A stretch of 61,309 nt of DNA, filler included, from Hausera hauseri (GCA_046269625.1; 7 parts of 7 records of this genome joined end to end with filler, not necessarily neighbours in it); one strand, 5' to 3'; positions 47,131 through 60,917 are shown, counted from the first letter of the whole stretch. The notes: a model not told the origin generated them from the letters alone. Translations and numbers: made by a program.

Positions 47131-47784
47131 CTACGCACTGTTCTGTTTGGCCTTCTGCATGGCTTCTACTTTGGTATGTTCATTGGCTATTATTACTACT
47201 ATTCGATTTGTTTCATTGGGAATAATCCCGACATCTATTAATTGTTCTAAATCGTCGAGTATTTTACCTATAAAGTAAAATCTATAATTTAGCTCGTTTG
47301 TTCCACCATTATTTAATAACCATTCTTTTATATCCCTCACATTGAAATATGTAGTGAACTCGCATTCTTTCTCGTCCATCCACTCGGGTGTTACTATTAC
47401 TTTCATTGCCACCTCAGGTTTAGCCCTCACGATTTTAGCGTATTTCCTTATCGGAAATTTCGGCACCGTACTACAAATTGTATTTTCAGTAGATAATTTA
47501 GTTAAGGTCGGAATAAGTTGTCCCAACTTACTCTCAGTAATGTTTACGTTAATTAGTTCAATTAAATCCCTTTCGGTTAGCTCTGAGTCTAGGCACATCT
47601 CTACATTGAATCTCCTGTTCTGCGGACACATTTCTATTTCTTTTAGCTGTACTGGGGTCACACGATTTTCGGCCGTTATCGCATCCAAGTACGCATCCAA
47701 TTCCGGTTTATTCCCAACATCGGGAAGTCCATAGCCTATTAAGTTTGTATTCGTTCTTTGCACATTTTCTCTAATTTCTTTCAA
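47131..47784 (-). CDS. Polyprotein fragment with ubiquitin-like domain (~47190-47406)
   Basis: MKVIV...NVRDIKEWL...YRFYFIGKILDDLEQLIDVGI; homologous to 25739-25950. Confidence 0.7.
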   Translation of the reverse strand: MKEIRENVQRTNTNLIGYGLPDVGNKPELDAYLDAITAENRVTPVQLKEIEMCPQNRRFNVEMCLDSELTERDLIELINVNITESKLGQLIPTLTKLSTENTICSTVPKFPIRKYAKIVRAKPEVAMKVIVTPEWMDEKECEFTTYFNVRDIKEWLLNNGGTNELNYRFYFIGKILDDLEQLIDVGIIPNETNRIVVIIANEHTKVEAMQKAKQNSA

Positions 47785-48601
47785 TCATGGTTGTATTTCT
47801 TTTATCTGTGTAGGTCGGAAACCTATTCCGTTTCCGCAGGCATACTGAATCGTTTTCAGTAATTCGCCTAATTCAATAAAATCAATCAATCCCTTTTGGT
47901 GATAATCAATTAGCTCAATAATTACTTCTCTTTGCCATCTTTGTACAAATTCTCACTTATTTTTAATTTCTGATTCCGTAAAAGCGTATTTATTCCCATA
48001 GCTTTCGAACTCTTTTGACATTTCGTCTAGCCTTGTTGCCCTTTGTTTTGTTCTCTTGCACATTTCTTCTACTTGCCGTAATTTGGGCAATAACTGCCTT
48101 ATCTTCTCATCATTAATCTCCGTCATTTCTACAAATACGTAGGCTAGCCCATACATCTCCTTTATGACTTTTGAGTCGGGATACATTGCATCCAACAATT
48201 TCTTTATGAACTAAGATTCCGCAAAACTAAGATGTTGATCGTTTCTGATTTTTGTTAACTCGGTATGAAAGTTCTGATCCGTACCGTCTATCCATTCGTG
48301 TGGTTTCTGCACGAATTTTACTGCTTCCGTTAGAGCTACTCTATATTCTGGACAAATAGCTAGGGTTTTGTTATCCTGGATTGAAATATCGTCGATAGGT
48401 TTATCTGTTAGATGTTGGACTCCTTTTAGTCGGATGTTTCTTAATCTTCTATAAAAATTGCAAGTTATATTTCGCTTTTCCGTAAAGTTCGTCTCTCGAT
48501 CATTTTATAAATCTCTTCCAATATCATTACTTCTTGCTTCTTCTTCATAAAGTATAGCTGTCGTAGTGCTTCAAATTGAGTTCGTATATCTATTTCTGCT
48601 C

Positions 48602-48701
48602 NNNNNNNNNNNNNNNNNNNNNNNNNNNNNNNNNNNNNNNNNNNNTTAATTAATTAANNNNNNNNNNNNNNNNNNNNNNNNNNNNNNNNNNNNNNNNNNN
48701 N
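48602..48701. other. Artificial contig linker
   Basis: N44-TTAATTAATTAA-N44. Confidence 0.98.
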
Positions 48702-48964
48702 GGCCTTCGCAGCGCTTAGCTGCTCGGGCCTAATTAAAGCTGCAAGCAGCGTTGAGGCCCTCGCAGCCAAGCGCCGCTCTGGCCTCATTGCGACCGCCGG
48801 AAGTCCAGGTAGTTTGCCCAGTCGCTATCTCAAACGCTGTCGTGGTCATCCGGCATCCGTTCACTAGGGTGTGCATTTGTCAAATCTTGTAAATCTCCTG
48901 CAAACTCCAGAGCTCCAGCAGCACCTCCCGGTCACAATGGTGAACGCTCCCATTTCATTTCCAC

Positions 48965-49430
48965 ATGCATTCACTAGAGTGTGCAGATGACAAAATCTTT
49001 ACATGGACCAATAAAATAGGTTCCAGACAATCCCGTCTTGATTTTGGGCTTATTTCCAAATGTATTAATAAAGACAACACTGCTGTTAATATTCTTGCCA
49101 CCTCTCTTACTGATCAAAGAGGTATTCACATTAACATCCATATTTATACTCCTGATAATACACCTTACAAATGTGCTTACTGTAAAGTAAATAACTCCTT
49201 GCTAAAGCATGATATAGTTAAAGCTCATATTAGTAAATTAATTATACTTTATTGGACTTAAGCTAAAACGGAAGGGTGTTTTTGCAGCAATTGGGAACGA
49301 TCAAATTTGAAAGTGGAAACTTTGTAGATGATAGATCACCTCCTATTACCTAAAATTCCCAGAAGATATTTCAGAGGAAGATAAATTAAATTTAATAGAA
49401 CCTAAAAACAAACTGGATGCCTTATATAAA
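48965..49430 (+). pseudogene. LINE (L1/Tx1-like) ORF2 endonuclease fragment
   Basis: FTW...SRLDF...TD(Q)...YCKVNNSLL matches the APE C-terminal motifs SRLD, SDH and WKLNNSLL. Confidence 0.8.
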
Positions 49431-50369
49431 CACAATATTGTTTTGTTTCCAGGTAATTCAAAATGTATTGTATTAAGTTATTAATTTAGTTTGACAGGTT
49501 TTTTTTAGTTTGTAATGCAATATTTAGGTGAATTGATTTGAGTTATAATTGGAAAAGGAAGTTGCCGTTGTTGTATTTTTTAAAGACCTTTAAGTTAATG
49601 TAAAAAATATTAAGGAAATTATGATATTGGGTAATGTGTTATTGTAAGGTTAATTTTAGAGAGTAGAGTTTTTATTTTAATAAAAATGTTCAGATTAAGT
49701 TTTTATTTTATAAGAACATATTTGAGTTGACACAAACTGTTTAGTTTTGTGTCTTGCTGAATAGTTATGTAAATCTGTTTACTTAAATATTCAATGTAGA
49801 TGTGTTATATTCAAGGTTTTACACTGTTATTATCTTGTGAATGTAATAATGTAATAGGTATGTAAATGTTTATTGTGGTAAGGTTCCAAGTTAGTCTGAA
49901 TTGTTTCATTTAAGAGTCTTTTATGGAATATTTAGGTGAACTGATTGGAGTTAAAATTTGAAAAGGAAATTGCTGTTTTTGTCTATTTTTAAGATATTTC
50001 AGTTTATTTAAGTTAAGAAAGATATTATGAAAATGGGTAATGTATTACAATTAGGGTAACATTAGAGGTTATAGGTGTTATTGAAAACAAAGTCAGGTTA
50101 AGTTGTTATTTTTTAAGATTTGTGAAGACATGGTTTAGTTTTGTGTCTTCTTAAATAGTTAGGTAAATCTGTTAATGTAAATATTGTATTTAGATTTGTT
50201 ATATTAAACATTTCACACTAAATTATTATGTTGTAAATGCAATAATATAAAAAGGTATACCAATGTTTAAATGGACTACAAATTTATTAACACAAATACA
50301 AAAAGAATCAAATCTTTATTCCCCCCAAAACCCCACATAAAAAAAAACACATATATAAAAAACGCCAAT

Positions 50370-53300
50370 CACACATCTTGTGGAGTGGTTTGTAGTTCGT
50401 CTAATCCCTGTGTGTCAAGGGTTTCTTTGGTCCTGAAAATGATTTCATACACAGCAAATTAAAAAACATATGTATTACATTTTAGTACCATGAAGTAACC
50501 ATCTAAATTGAATACGATGCAGTACAAACGTATAACTGTATATTTTGCATTAATAAAAGTGAGAATAAGACAAAACTGATTAGGTTTTTTAATGTTGATG
50601 TATGTTATTTTCTGAAATGTTTAATCTAAGAACTGTAAATGAATTTTAAAAACAAATGTATTGAATTGTATTTGATATTTTTTGGTGTTATTGTTAAATA
50701 TCAATTCAAATGTGTTCACTTTAATATTTTATGTAATTTCTTGTTTAAAATATTTTATAGTAAGTTATTATCTTGGAAAGTAAATAAAGATTTGGAAATC
50801 TGAAATTATTCTAGATATTTATAATCCTGTTTGAAAGTACAATATTATATTCTAAAAAACTAGGTTTATAAATGTTTATTGTGTTTATCATATAGTAAGT
50901 TATTTTAAAATCTTGTATAAGAATTTTAGTTTGAAATTGGATGCGTATTTGAATGATTTTTTTTAGAACGAAAATGGTTAATTTTGTTTTTGTCTTGTTT
51001 TTAATTAATGAATAATGATCAGTTATTAATGTTTTTTAAAGGTTTTAGAGAGGGATTAATAGCATATCTATAAAGTGGTTATTAGTATATAGTAATAATA
51101 TTGAAATTTAATTCAATTGAGTTTATTTGTATTGTGCTTAATCACAAGAAATTTTTTGGAGGGTATTTTACAGGAGTATTTACATACATTGAAAAGCCAA
51201 TTAGTAAAGTTGTTTCTGTAAAGAGCATCATTTTATTATCAGAAATAACTAAAAAAAATTCTAAATGAAATAATAAACACTACGATTACAATAGGCCTTC
51301 GCAGCGCTTAGCTGCTCTGGCTTAAAAATAAACAAGGACAGTTACCCATCTTGTGAGGTGATTGGGAGTTTGTCCAATCCTTTTTCGTCAAGGTTTTGGG
51401 TTATTCAAAAAAATATTTGATATAGAATAAATAAAGAATATATATATTTATTACATTTTTTATATCATGAAGCAATAATCTAAAGTAAACACATAAAAAT
51501 TATTTGATGTAGAACCAATTAAAAAATATTCATTACATTTTTTATGTCATTAAGCAATAATGTAAATTAATCACATGCTTTGGTGAAAATGAATATCTGC
51601 ATATTCTATATTAATAAAAGCAAGAAAGAGGCTAAATAGATGTTTTTTTTAATATTAATTTAAGTCTGTTCATTTAATTTTGTTATTTACAGATGTTATT
51701 TAAACATTAGTGAAGGAGTTATTTCTTTTTTAGTATAAGTCTTTGTAAGTTCATTATTTGAACATATAATATTGTTTATATATACTTGTAATGTAGTGAT
51801 AAAGTACAATCTTATATGTGAAGGGAATATATCCTAAAAAAGATTAGTGTTTAAGAATTCTTGATTTAGTTTGAAAAGTTTAATATAAGAACTCTAAAAT
51901 GAATTTAAAAATAAATGTATTTAACTGTATTTGGTAAGTATTTTTTAATTGTTAAACAGTTATTCCAATTTGTTCTTGTAAATATGTAATTGACATTTAT
52001 AGTTTTAAATTTTTTATAGTAAGTTGTTCTGTTGAAAATTTTAAAAATATATTTGAAAACTTAATATTTTAATATAAAATTATTTTAGATATTTGTAATT
52101 TAGTAATAAAGTACAATGTTATATTTTAAAGGAATTTGTTTACGAATGATTACTGTGTTCATAATTGAGTAAGTTATTTAGAAAAATGGAATCTAAGAGC
52201 TTTTGTTTAAATTTGGATGTGCATGTATTTGAATGATTATTTGAAAGGAAATGGTTCATTTTGTGTGTTTTTTAATTAATGAATAATGAATGACCAGTTA
52301 TTAATCATTTATAAAGTTCTTTGAGATATTTATATTTAGCATATTTATAAAGCATTTTTTAGCATCTCATGATAATGAAATTCAATTCAATTGACTGTAT
52401 GTGAATAGTGCTAAATCACATCAAAGTTGTTTTAAGGAATTGTACAGGATTATTGACATATCTCAAAAAGCCAATTAGGTTCTGTAAATGTCCCCCCTCA
52501 CCCACCCCCAAATAAAGGACAATTACCCATCTTGTGAAGTGATTGGGAGTTCGTTCAATCCGTCTTCATCAATGTTTTGGTTTGTTCTAAAAATGATATG
52601 ATATATACCAAATTAAAAAATATATTTATTACATTTTTATACCATTAAGGAATAATTTAAATTAAACACCCATGCTTTTGTGAAAATGAATCTGTGCATA
52701 TTCTGTATTAATAAAAGTGATAAAGAGAGAAAATAGATTATTTTTTGACATATTAATTTGTCTGTTCATTTATATTTGTTCTTTAGAGATGTTATATGAA
52801 ACATTTGTAAATAAGTTAGTACTTTCTAAGTATAAGTTTTAGTAAATCTATTCTTTTAACATATACTATTGTTTATATATAATTGTAATGTAGTGGTAAA
52901 GTACAATATTATATCTTAAGGAAATAGTAAAAAAAGTGTATTGTGTTTTGGAATTATTGAATTATTCTGAAATGTTCAATGTATGAACTGTAAATGAATT
53001 AAAAAAAACAAATGTATTTAATTGTATTAATTAAATTTTTGTAATTGCTAAATAGAGATTCTAATGTGTTTCCTATAATTTTTCATCAAGATTTATAGTT
53101 TTAAATATTTTATAGTAAGTTGTTATCTTAAAACTTTAATAGATTTGGAAACCTAATCTTTTACTATTAAATTATTCTAGACATTTATAATCCAGTGATA
53201 AAGTATAAGATTATATCCTAAAGGAATAGGTTTACGAATGTTTATTGTGTTTTTAACTTAGTAACTTATTTAGAAAACTGGAATGTAAGAGTTTTTGTTT

Positions 53301-53705
53301 AAATCTGGATGTACATGGATTGGAATGCTTATTTTGAAAGAAAATGGTTGATTTTGTGTTTGTTTGTTGTTTAATTAATGAATAATGCCCAGTTATGAAT
53401 GATGTATAAAGTTTTTATAGAATGATTTATAGCATATTCATAAAGTATTTATGTGTATGTAATAATAATGAAATGCATTTCAATTGAGTTTATTTGTATA
53501 GCGCCAAATAATCACAAAGTGGTTTCATGGAATTACATAGAGAAGCTAATTAGTAAAGTTGTCTATCTAAGGAATATTATTTTATTCCAACAAACACCAC
53601 AAAAATAAAACATAAATTAATTAAAAACAGACTATTACCCATCTTGTGGAGTGTTTGGTGATTCATTGCACTCCATGTTTTTCCAGTCCTCCTCTTGTTT
53701 GGAAA
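50370..53705 (-). repeat. Four diverged ~1.0-1.2-kb tandem units, each with a 60-nt exon-like core
   Basis: Cores at 50373-50432, 51346-51405, 52527-52586, ~53638-53700; flanking AT-rich sequence is also homologous. Confidence 0.75.
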
Positions 53706-56700
53706 ATGTTGTTAGACAGCACAAAAAAAAAAACATATTTGTTACATATGTATTTTATCAAGTGATCTTATAAAGAAAGCACATATGATTTACTAAAAAA
53801 TAAATATTTAATACACATATGATTTACTAAAAAATAAATATTTCATACACATATGATTTACTAAAAAATAAATCTTTAATGAATGGTCAATGGGTAATTT
53901 AAATTATCTGTTTCAAATTATTATACATCGTTGTTAAAAAGTAGATATCATAAAAGAAAAAGATGTATTTCAAACTATAAATTCAGTATAGAATTCTATA
54001 AAATTAAACATACATACCACTTAATAAGAAAAATTTTTCTGTTTCCAAGACTTCGATTTTGTTCAGAGCCTCTTTTAGTTTGGCATCCATGGTTTTTATG
54101 TGTTTTGTTAATAGTGTGTTTTTTTGTTTCAGTGCTTCCTTTTGTTTTTCTTTTTTGCTTATGACTTGCAGCACGGCATAAAATGCCTCATAGCATTTCT
54201 CATATGTCTTTTGGCGTGATGCTGTTGGATCTCCACAAAGGTACTGTAACAGAGAAGTAATGATTTTGGAAAATTGTTTATATTGAAGGACTTTAGTGTA
54301 CAAGTTCTAAAGTTGAGGTGATAACAAGTAAAATGTTTTCAATTACAAATAAAGCTTCATTGTTTTTGATTTTAGTGTTGTGTTTAAAATATGCTATCTG
54401 TACACATACACATATTCTTCATGAAATCAAAATTGCTGGATTGAAAACTTAGCCTTTACAGTTTTGAATCTGTCATCAGGAAAGTTACTGTTTGTTGACT
54501 ATGTATTATGCCGATTTTATGCATCTGATTTAATACATTTTGCTGGGTTCATTCATATTGATCTGCTGACATGGACTTAGTTTTATGCTGTCTTTGTTTT
54601 ATACATTTTTGGTAGTCTTAGTGCATTCTTAGTTTAATGTATTCTTTGTTTAGTGAATGTAATATGTTATTATTTGATATTTTGGATCATAGTACTATTT
54701 TTTAATTACAATTTCCATTGTTTCTTTAACTTTTTGGATGTAAGTGGGATTGTATGTACAGAGTTTTGTTCCACCTCATATACCAAGTCATGTGAATGAG
54801 GTGTATTTAAATATATGATATGTTAGCACATAATTGTTTTTACATAAATCACAAGTTCCAAAAAACATTCATCAATAATAATAATTTAAAAAATCATGCA
54901 TTTTTTAAAAGTAAGCAATATTTTCAGGTTTCATTTATAAACTTTTATTTAACATGTTAGTTACATTGAAACATGGGGACTCATTTCTAAGAAATTTGGA
55001 TATTATTGTATTGACATTAATCAATTGGCATGAAATGTCTGGTTTTGTAATAGCATTTCATATGAAACTTGTTAAATTCAAACCAAGGATTAAAAACTAG
55101 AGGAATTGGTTAACAAATAGTTTACTTTATATATAAATTGGATTAATGTATTTTACATTTATTGACTGTATTTAATAATTATGTTTTCTTTGATTAACAT
55201 CTGTGCCCTACGTATGATCTGTATTTTTTCTTGTTTATATGGCTTCAGTTTGCCACTGTACATATTGAAAGCTGGGAAAAAGCTATATTGTCTTTCAAAA
55301 AGAATAAAACAAGTGATTCAATGTCCATGAGGAGATAATGTAGCATTTTAGAAAAATGTGCAATAACCATTTACTTTCTTAAGCATTAGTGTTAGGTTAT
55401 GTTTGTTGTGTAATGATATTATAGTATTTTTTCATTTGTTTTCAAAACTTACGGTTGCAATGACAGCTTGATCTTTTGTGGCTTGTATTTCTGGATCTTT
55501 GAAATCAGGATAGTTTGTTGGTGACATATCCATTGTAAGAGAGGTTTTTTTTCTGTCAATATAAAAACAATTTTTTTTTAAAGGAAATCTTCACAAATAG
55601 TTATATTTTTTGTCTTTTATTTAGACATAATGTTTACATGATTTTTCAAGTAAGAGTGAAACATACCTGTGTTAGTTTTGGATGTCTTTTCAAATATTTG
55701 GCTGCTGTTTGTTCTTCTTCGTCTTCTTCAGTTGGTTTCTTGTTCTTTTTTGGTTGGCTTCTGGTTCTTTAGTTGGGTTTGTACTTTCTCAGTATTTAAA
55801 CTTTTTACCTACAGTGGGTGGGATTTAATTTGAACCAAATCACAAATGCTCGCATAACAACATTAGGAGCCAGACATACAGACTCCAGTCTGGCCCTTTT
55901 GTTGCTGGAATCAACAACGACCCTAACGATTCTGTATTGTTTTGAGTGAGAGGTCCAGGTGTAGGTTCCAAGTAAACAAGTTAAGTCATCATAGAGTTTT
56001 TAGCTGGAGGTAATCTGTACTGTAAATCACTATAGGTGGGCTTTACTTGAAGAAATCCTGCAAACTCGTTTTCTGAAAATGTTTTTTTTTTATTAAAAAT
56101 GTTCCATTTGTTCAATTCGCACATCTTAAATTTGTACAACTCAAGTAACTTGATAATTATGAATATGTTTTAATAACAAAATAGTGTACAAAATTAAATT
56201 TGATTGATTTGTTGTAACTTACATTTGGGTTTCTTTGAAATATTATTCAATATTGATATTGGTATTGATAAATCTGATGAAACCAAGTGAATTTCTGCAA
56301 TTTAAGTATTGTACACCTAAAATGAGTTGATAAGTTTTGTTAGGTTGTACTTAAATTATATAAGAAAGACAACTTTTTCCACTGGAAATAATGTTCTGAA
56401 ATTAACCTGAATTGGATAGACATAAATATTTAAGTTATTGTCTGCAATATTATTTTTTGGTCCCCATCATCAGTAATAACATTACAGTTGTACATATATA
56501 AAAGAATAAAATTAAACTAAACCAAAAGTATGGGGCCGTCAGAACACTGTTTGTTTTTAAACACTGAAATTAGTTTCATAATTGTTTAAATTAAACATTT
56601 CTTGAAAACAGAAAAAGTTAAAATAAGATTTATTAATAGCATATAAAAAAAACCAAAAACTATTTTTGGGGAGCATCAAGTATAAATGAATAGGTTAATA

Positions 56701-57069
56701 AATGTCAAATCATCTAATGAATATACTTTATTTTTAAGTTGAAAAAATAATGAATTGTGTGGAATAGGGCTTCTTGTAATATTTGTTTTTGTACTGTCAA
56801 TACATCCTTTAATGTTTGCAGTGACATACTGGGATCATATAGGATGAAGTAAAGGATGAGCACTGTCAAATAATTCTGGATTTCAAATTTAGAATTTGTA
56901 GTTTGTAAATTCATAAAGTTCATTGCTGAAGACAATAAATATCTTTCCATCTAAATTGAGACCTGTAGATGTAAAACACAACTTCTGTGAATAACAATGT
57001 TTTTGGTTAATTGTATTTAATTAAACTTTAGTAATGAGAAAAATGTTTAGTTTGGCTTAAAATTACAAG

Positions 57070-59770
57070 CTGTTTATATTGTTTCTCATGTATGTAAACA
57101 TTTTCTATAAGTTACGTGTAGTTGTGTATTAGTAAGCTAAAATTACATTTCATTTTGATTCAATTTTAAGGAGGAGTTAGTTTAGTTAGTTTTTGTTTTA
57201 AGAAAGGTTAAAATAAAGTTACCAAATGTTTATCTTGGAAATATACCAAGTCAACAAAGTCAGTCATTCCAGACATCTTAGGTCGATGTAATTTGAAGGA
57301 TGATGGACGCATCAAAACAAAGCTAAATACATGTCAGGTGCCAGACATACACATTCCAGTGTAATCCTTGTATGGGTGGAATTAACAAAGTTCTTAACGA
57401 TCCTCTATTGTTGTTGGTGAGAGGTCCAGCTGTATGTTTCAAGCAGTCATAGACAGAGAGAGTTGCGACACTTTTTGAACTCGCTGATACGCGGTCATGT
57501 GGTTTATCTAGCTTTTAATAGTTCCAAACAGCTCATCACTGTCAGTCAGTGTTGCCAGATCTCGCAATAGAAACAAGCAACCAGCTCCATGAAAAAAAGC
57601 CCAAAGCAAGAGACCCGCTCTTTGAAAACAAGCTTAAAACAAGTCCAACTGGCAAGCCACTATCTAGTGAAAACAGAGGCAGTTTTTAAACAGTATAAAC
57701 ATACATTTATTATGGCATTACATATAAACTGCAAAATTATACTTAACACTTTGAATAACATACTTTTACATTCTTTAAACTAAAAATACATTTTGCATAT
57801 GTAACATTAATTCAACTGTTATTTTTACAAATTAATCCCATTAAGCCTCTGGGACTCATTTACCAGAGAGAGCTGAATTCTAAATGAAGAGTGATGACAA
57901 CAATGGACAACGACAACAACAGAGCAACTTAAAGGATGTGTACAAATTTAAAAAAGAAAAGTATATATATAATATTTAATATATATATTTTGATGGCATA
58001 CCTATAAATGCATTATGGAGTATATGCCAATACTCATCATAAAGACTGTGTTCACCTACTTTGTAATAGTAAACTTTTGTGTAATTCTTAAAATTTTGGT
58101 TAGGTTTGTAGTTAAGTAAAATCACATGAGGTAATGAATTATATATGTTGTATTTGAGTTCCACAGATCTGTACTGAGATCAGAAAGTTGTTTGTTGTGC
58201 TTTCAGATGGACCTCTAAATTTTGAAATTTTCAATTTTGACTTTTAAACGTACATTTACCTGGATATTGTCACAGTACACTGGACAATTCATTTTTTTAG
58301 CTTAATTCCACAAAAAGTTGTTCCCCTGAATTCCTTCTAGTAATAGTTATTCAGTGTAATTTTGACATATTGTTAGCTAACAGCGATCCCTAATACACTT
58401 TGAGAGAAAATCAAAATTCCAAGATGTCCGCCTTAAATAAAAAGTGAAAAAATATTCTAAATTACTTAATTTTGGTCTTCTTGAACCGCAAGTTGGTGTG
58501 ATGGTAACTGATAATTTTTTCCATCCAATGCTACATGACAATAAAAAACCAACATGGGTACCTATGCTACATTTAAATTGATTTAACTTAGCTTTTTTTA
58601 CACATACAAAGTTGAACTTTGTGGAAGTTATAGTTGAAAACGGTCCCCATTATGTACTAAACCTTAATCAAAATTCCCAAATGGCTGCCATAGCTAAAAA
58701 TGATAAAATACAATATGTCATTTTGAGAGCTATAGTGCTATATGTGAGTAAAACCAAAGCATTTGAAGAAAAAAAAGTTGGTTCTAAAGATTTGAGTTAA
58801 CCTTGTTAAATGTATCTATGTTGGTTGTTAAGCAGTATATTGAGAGAAACTGTTTATATTGTTCCTCATGTATGTAAACATTTTCTCTAAGTTACGTGTA
58901 GTTGTGTATTAGTAATCTAAAATCACATTTCATTTTGATTCAATTTTAAGGAGGACTTAGTTTAGGTAGTTTTTGTTTTAAGAAAAGTTAAAATAAAGTT
59001 ACCAAACGTTTATCTTGGAAATATACCAAGTCAACAAAGTCAGTCATTCCAGACATCTTAGGTCGACGTAATTTGATGGATGATGGACGCATCAAAACAA
59101 AGCTAAATAGATGTCAGGTGCCAGACATACACATTCCAGTGTAATCCTTGTATGGGTGGAATTAACAAAGTTCTTAACGATCCTCTATTGTTGTTGGTGA
59201 GAGGTCCAGCTGTATGTTTCAAGCAGTCATAGACAGAGAGAGTTGCGACACTTTTTGAACTCGCTGATACGCGGTCATGTGGTTTATCTAGCTTTTAATA
59301 GTTCCAAACAGCTCATCACTGTCAGTCAGTGTTGCCAGATCTCGCAATAGAAACAAGCAACCAGCTCCATGAAAAAAAGCCCAAAGCAAGAGACCCGCTC
59401 TTTGAAAACAAGCTTAAAACAAGTCCAACTGGCAAGCCACTATCTAGTGAAAACAGAGGCAGTTTTTAAACAGTATAAACATACATTTATTATGGCATTA
59501 CATATAAACTGCAAAATTATACTTAACACTTTGAATAACATACTTTTACATTCTTTAAACTAAAAATACATTTTGCATCTGTAACATTAATTCAACTGTT
59601 ATTTTTACAAATTAATCCCATTAAGCCTCTGGGACTCATTTACCAGAGAGACCTGAATTTTAAACGAAGACTGATGACAACAATGGACAACGACAAAAAC
59701 AGACAAACTTAAAGGATGTGTACAAATTTAAAAAACAAAAGTATATATATAATATATAATATATATATTT
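57070..59770. repeat. Near-identical ~920-bp direct repeat (57070-57990 and 58850-59770)
   Basis: Offset 1780 bp; identical ORFs 57589-57783 and 59369-59563. Confidence 0.95.
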
Positions 59771-59933
59771 ATATACATACATGAGATGTGTATGTATAAA
59801 ATAGATATACTGTATAGAGCATAAGATGGCCATATAATGTGTGTGTATGTAAGAGAATTATGAAATTGTGTATATATGTCAGTGATATAGATAATGTGTA
59901 TATCAACACATACACAGAGACATATCTCTATCT

Positions 59934-60058
59934 TTATATATGTATATATATATATTTATATATATATATAGATAGATAGATAGATTCATAGACCGACGGA
60001 CGGACGGACGGACGGGCGGACGGACGGCCGGATGGACAGACAGACAGATAGATAGATA
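59934..60058. repeat. Compound microsatellite (TA)n(GATA)n(GACG)n(GACA)n
   Basis: Directly visible. Confidence 0.95.
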
Positions 60059-60784
60059 TTAATCAAAATGTATCAACTGTGTTTTTCCAAATTTGTCATA
60101 TGAATACAGTATTTTATTAGTGTTAATGTTAACTCACTAAGAGTATTCAAAAAATGTTCAATAGAAAAACAACTGGATTGTTTTTGTAACAGAAGATGGG
60201 TTAATAGAAGGAAGGCTAACTGTAACATGTTCATTTGAAGAGTAAAACATCTTCTGTTATAAATAAATTCCAGTCATTTGTGTATTGAAAGTTTTTTGAA
60301 CCCACCAGCAGTCAATGCAGAATCTAGCTTTTATATGATATCTGTGTTGCCAACTGCACCTCTCACTGTCTTGTAAGTGTTGGAATAGTGTAGGGGTTGG
60401 TTTGCAATAAAATTTAAACAACCATACCAATGTGTTTAGAAGTGCCCACAAATGAAGCACAATAAATGTGGAATAGAGAGGTTTTAGGTCATAAAATATG
60501 TGGGAACATGAACGATCACAACTGAAATGGGGAGATATTGTTTTACCGCTACCTAAATGTATTGAGGGGTGGGAGGACGACTTGAGGAAGTGGCCGAAAA
60601 TAATGTACACTAGCATATTTAGCTACTTTGTTGACTGTTGCTTGAGATGGTGAAGCGATGAGCAATCTGAAAAGGTCTGAAGCTTATCAGTATCTTCACA
60701 GTAACAAGGTTGGCCCTGTTTTGTTAAGAGAGGTGGGACACAATTTTATTTACCTTAAGGCAAACGTACAGCCCAGCCAAAGCC

Positions 60785-60915
60785 CAGTGGTGGAATGTAA
60801 CTAAGTACAAATACTTTGTTACTGTACTTAAGTACATTTTTTTTGTATCTGTACTTTACTTAAGTAGAATTAAATGTGGGTACTTTTACTTTTACTGCAC
60901 TACATTTTACCTGAA
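60785..60915 (+). mobile_element. Terminus of a Tol2-like hAT non-autonomous element
   Basis: CAGTGGTGGAATGTAACTAAGTACA...TACTGTACTTAAGTAC...TACTTTTACTTTTACT pattern familiar from teleost genomes. Confidence 0.6.
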
Positions 60916-60917
60916 GT

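Larger units (their letters stand above)
38069..48601 (-). mobile_element. Decayed env-bearing Ty3/Gypsy element: UBL, AT-hook, chuvirus-like glycoprotein, PR, RT, RH, IN, second membrane protein, accessory ORF
   Basis: All fragments are co-oriented on the minus strand; see the component features. Confidence 0.9.

Noticed and set aside
57589-57783. Identical 64-aa ORF present twice
   Set aside because: Result of the 920-bp duplication; no protein motif, and it lies next to a hAT-like terminus (CAGTGTTGCCA).
57070-59770. Direct repeats as an LTR pair
   Set aside because: No TG...CA ends, PBS, PPT or retroelement coding between them.
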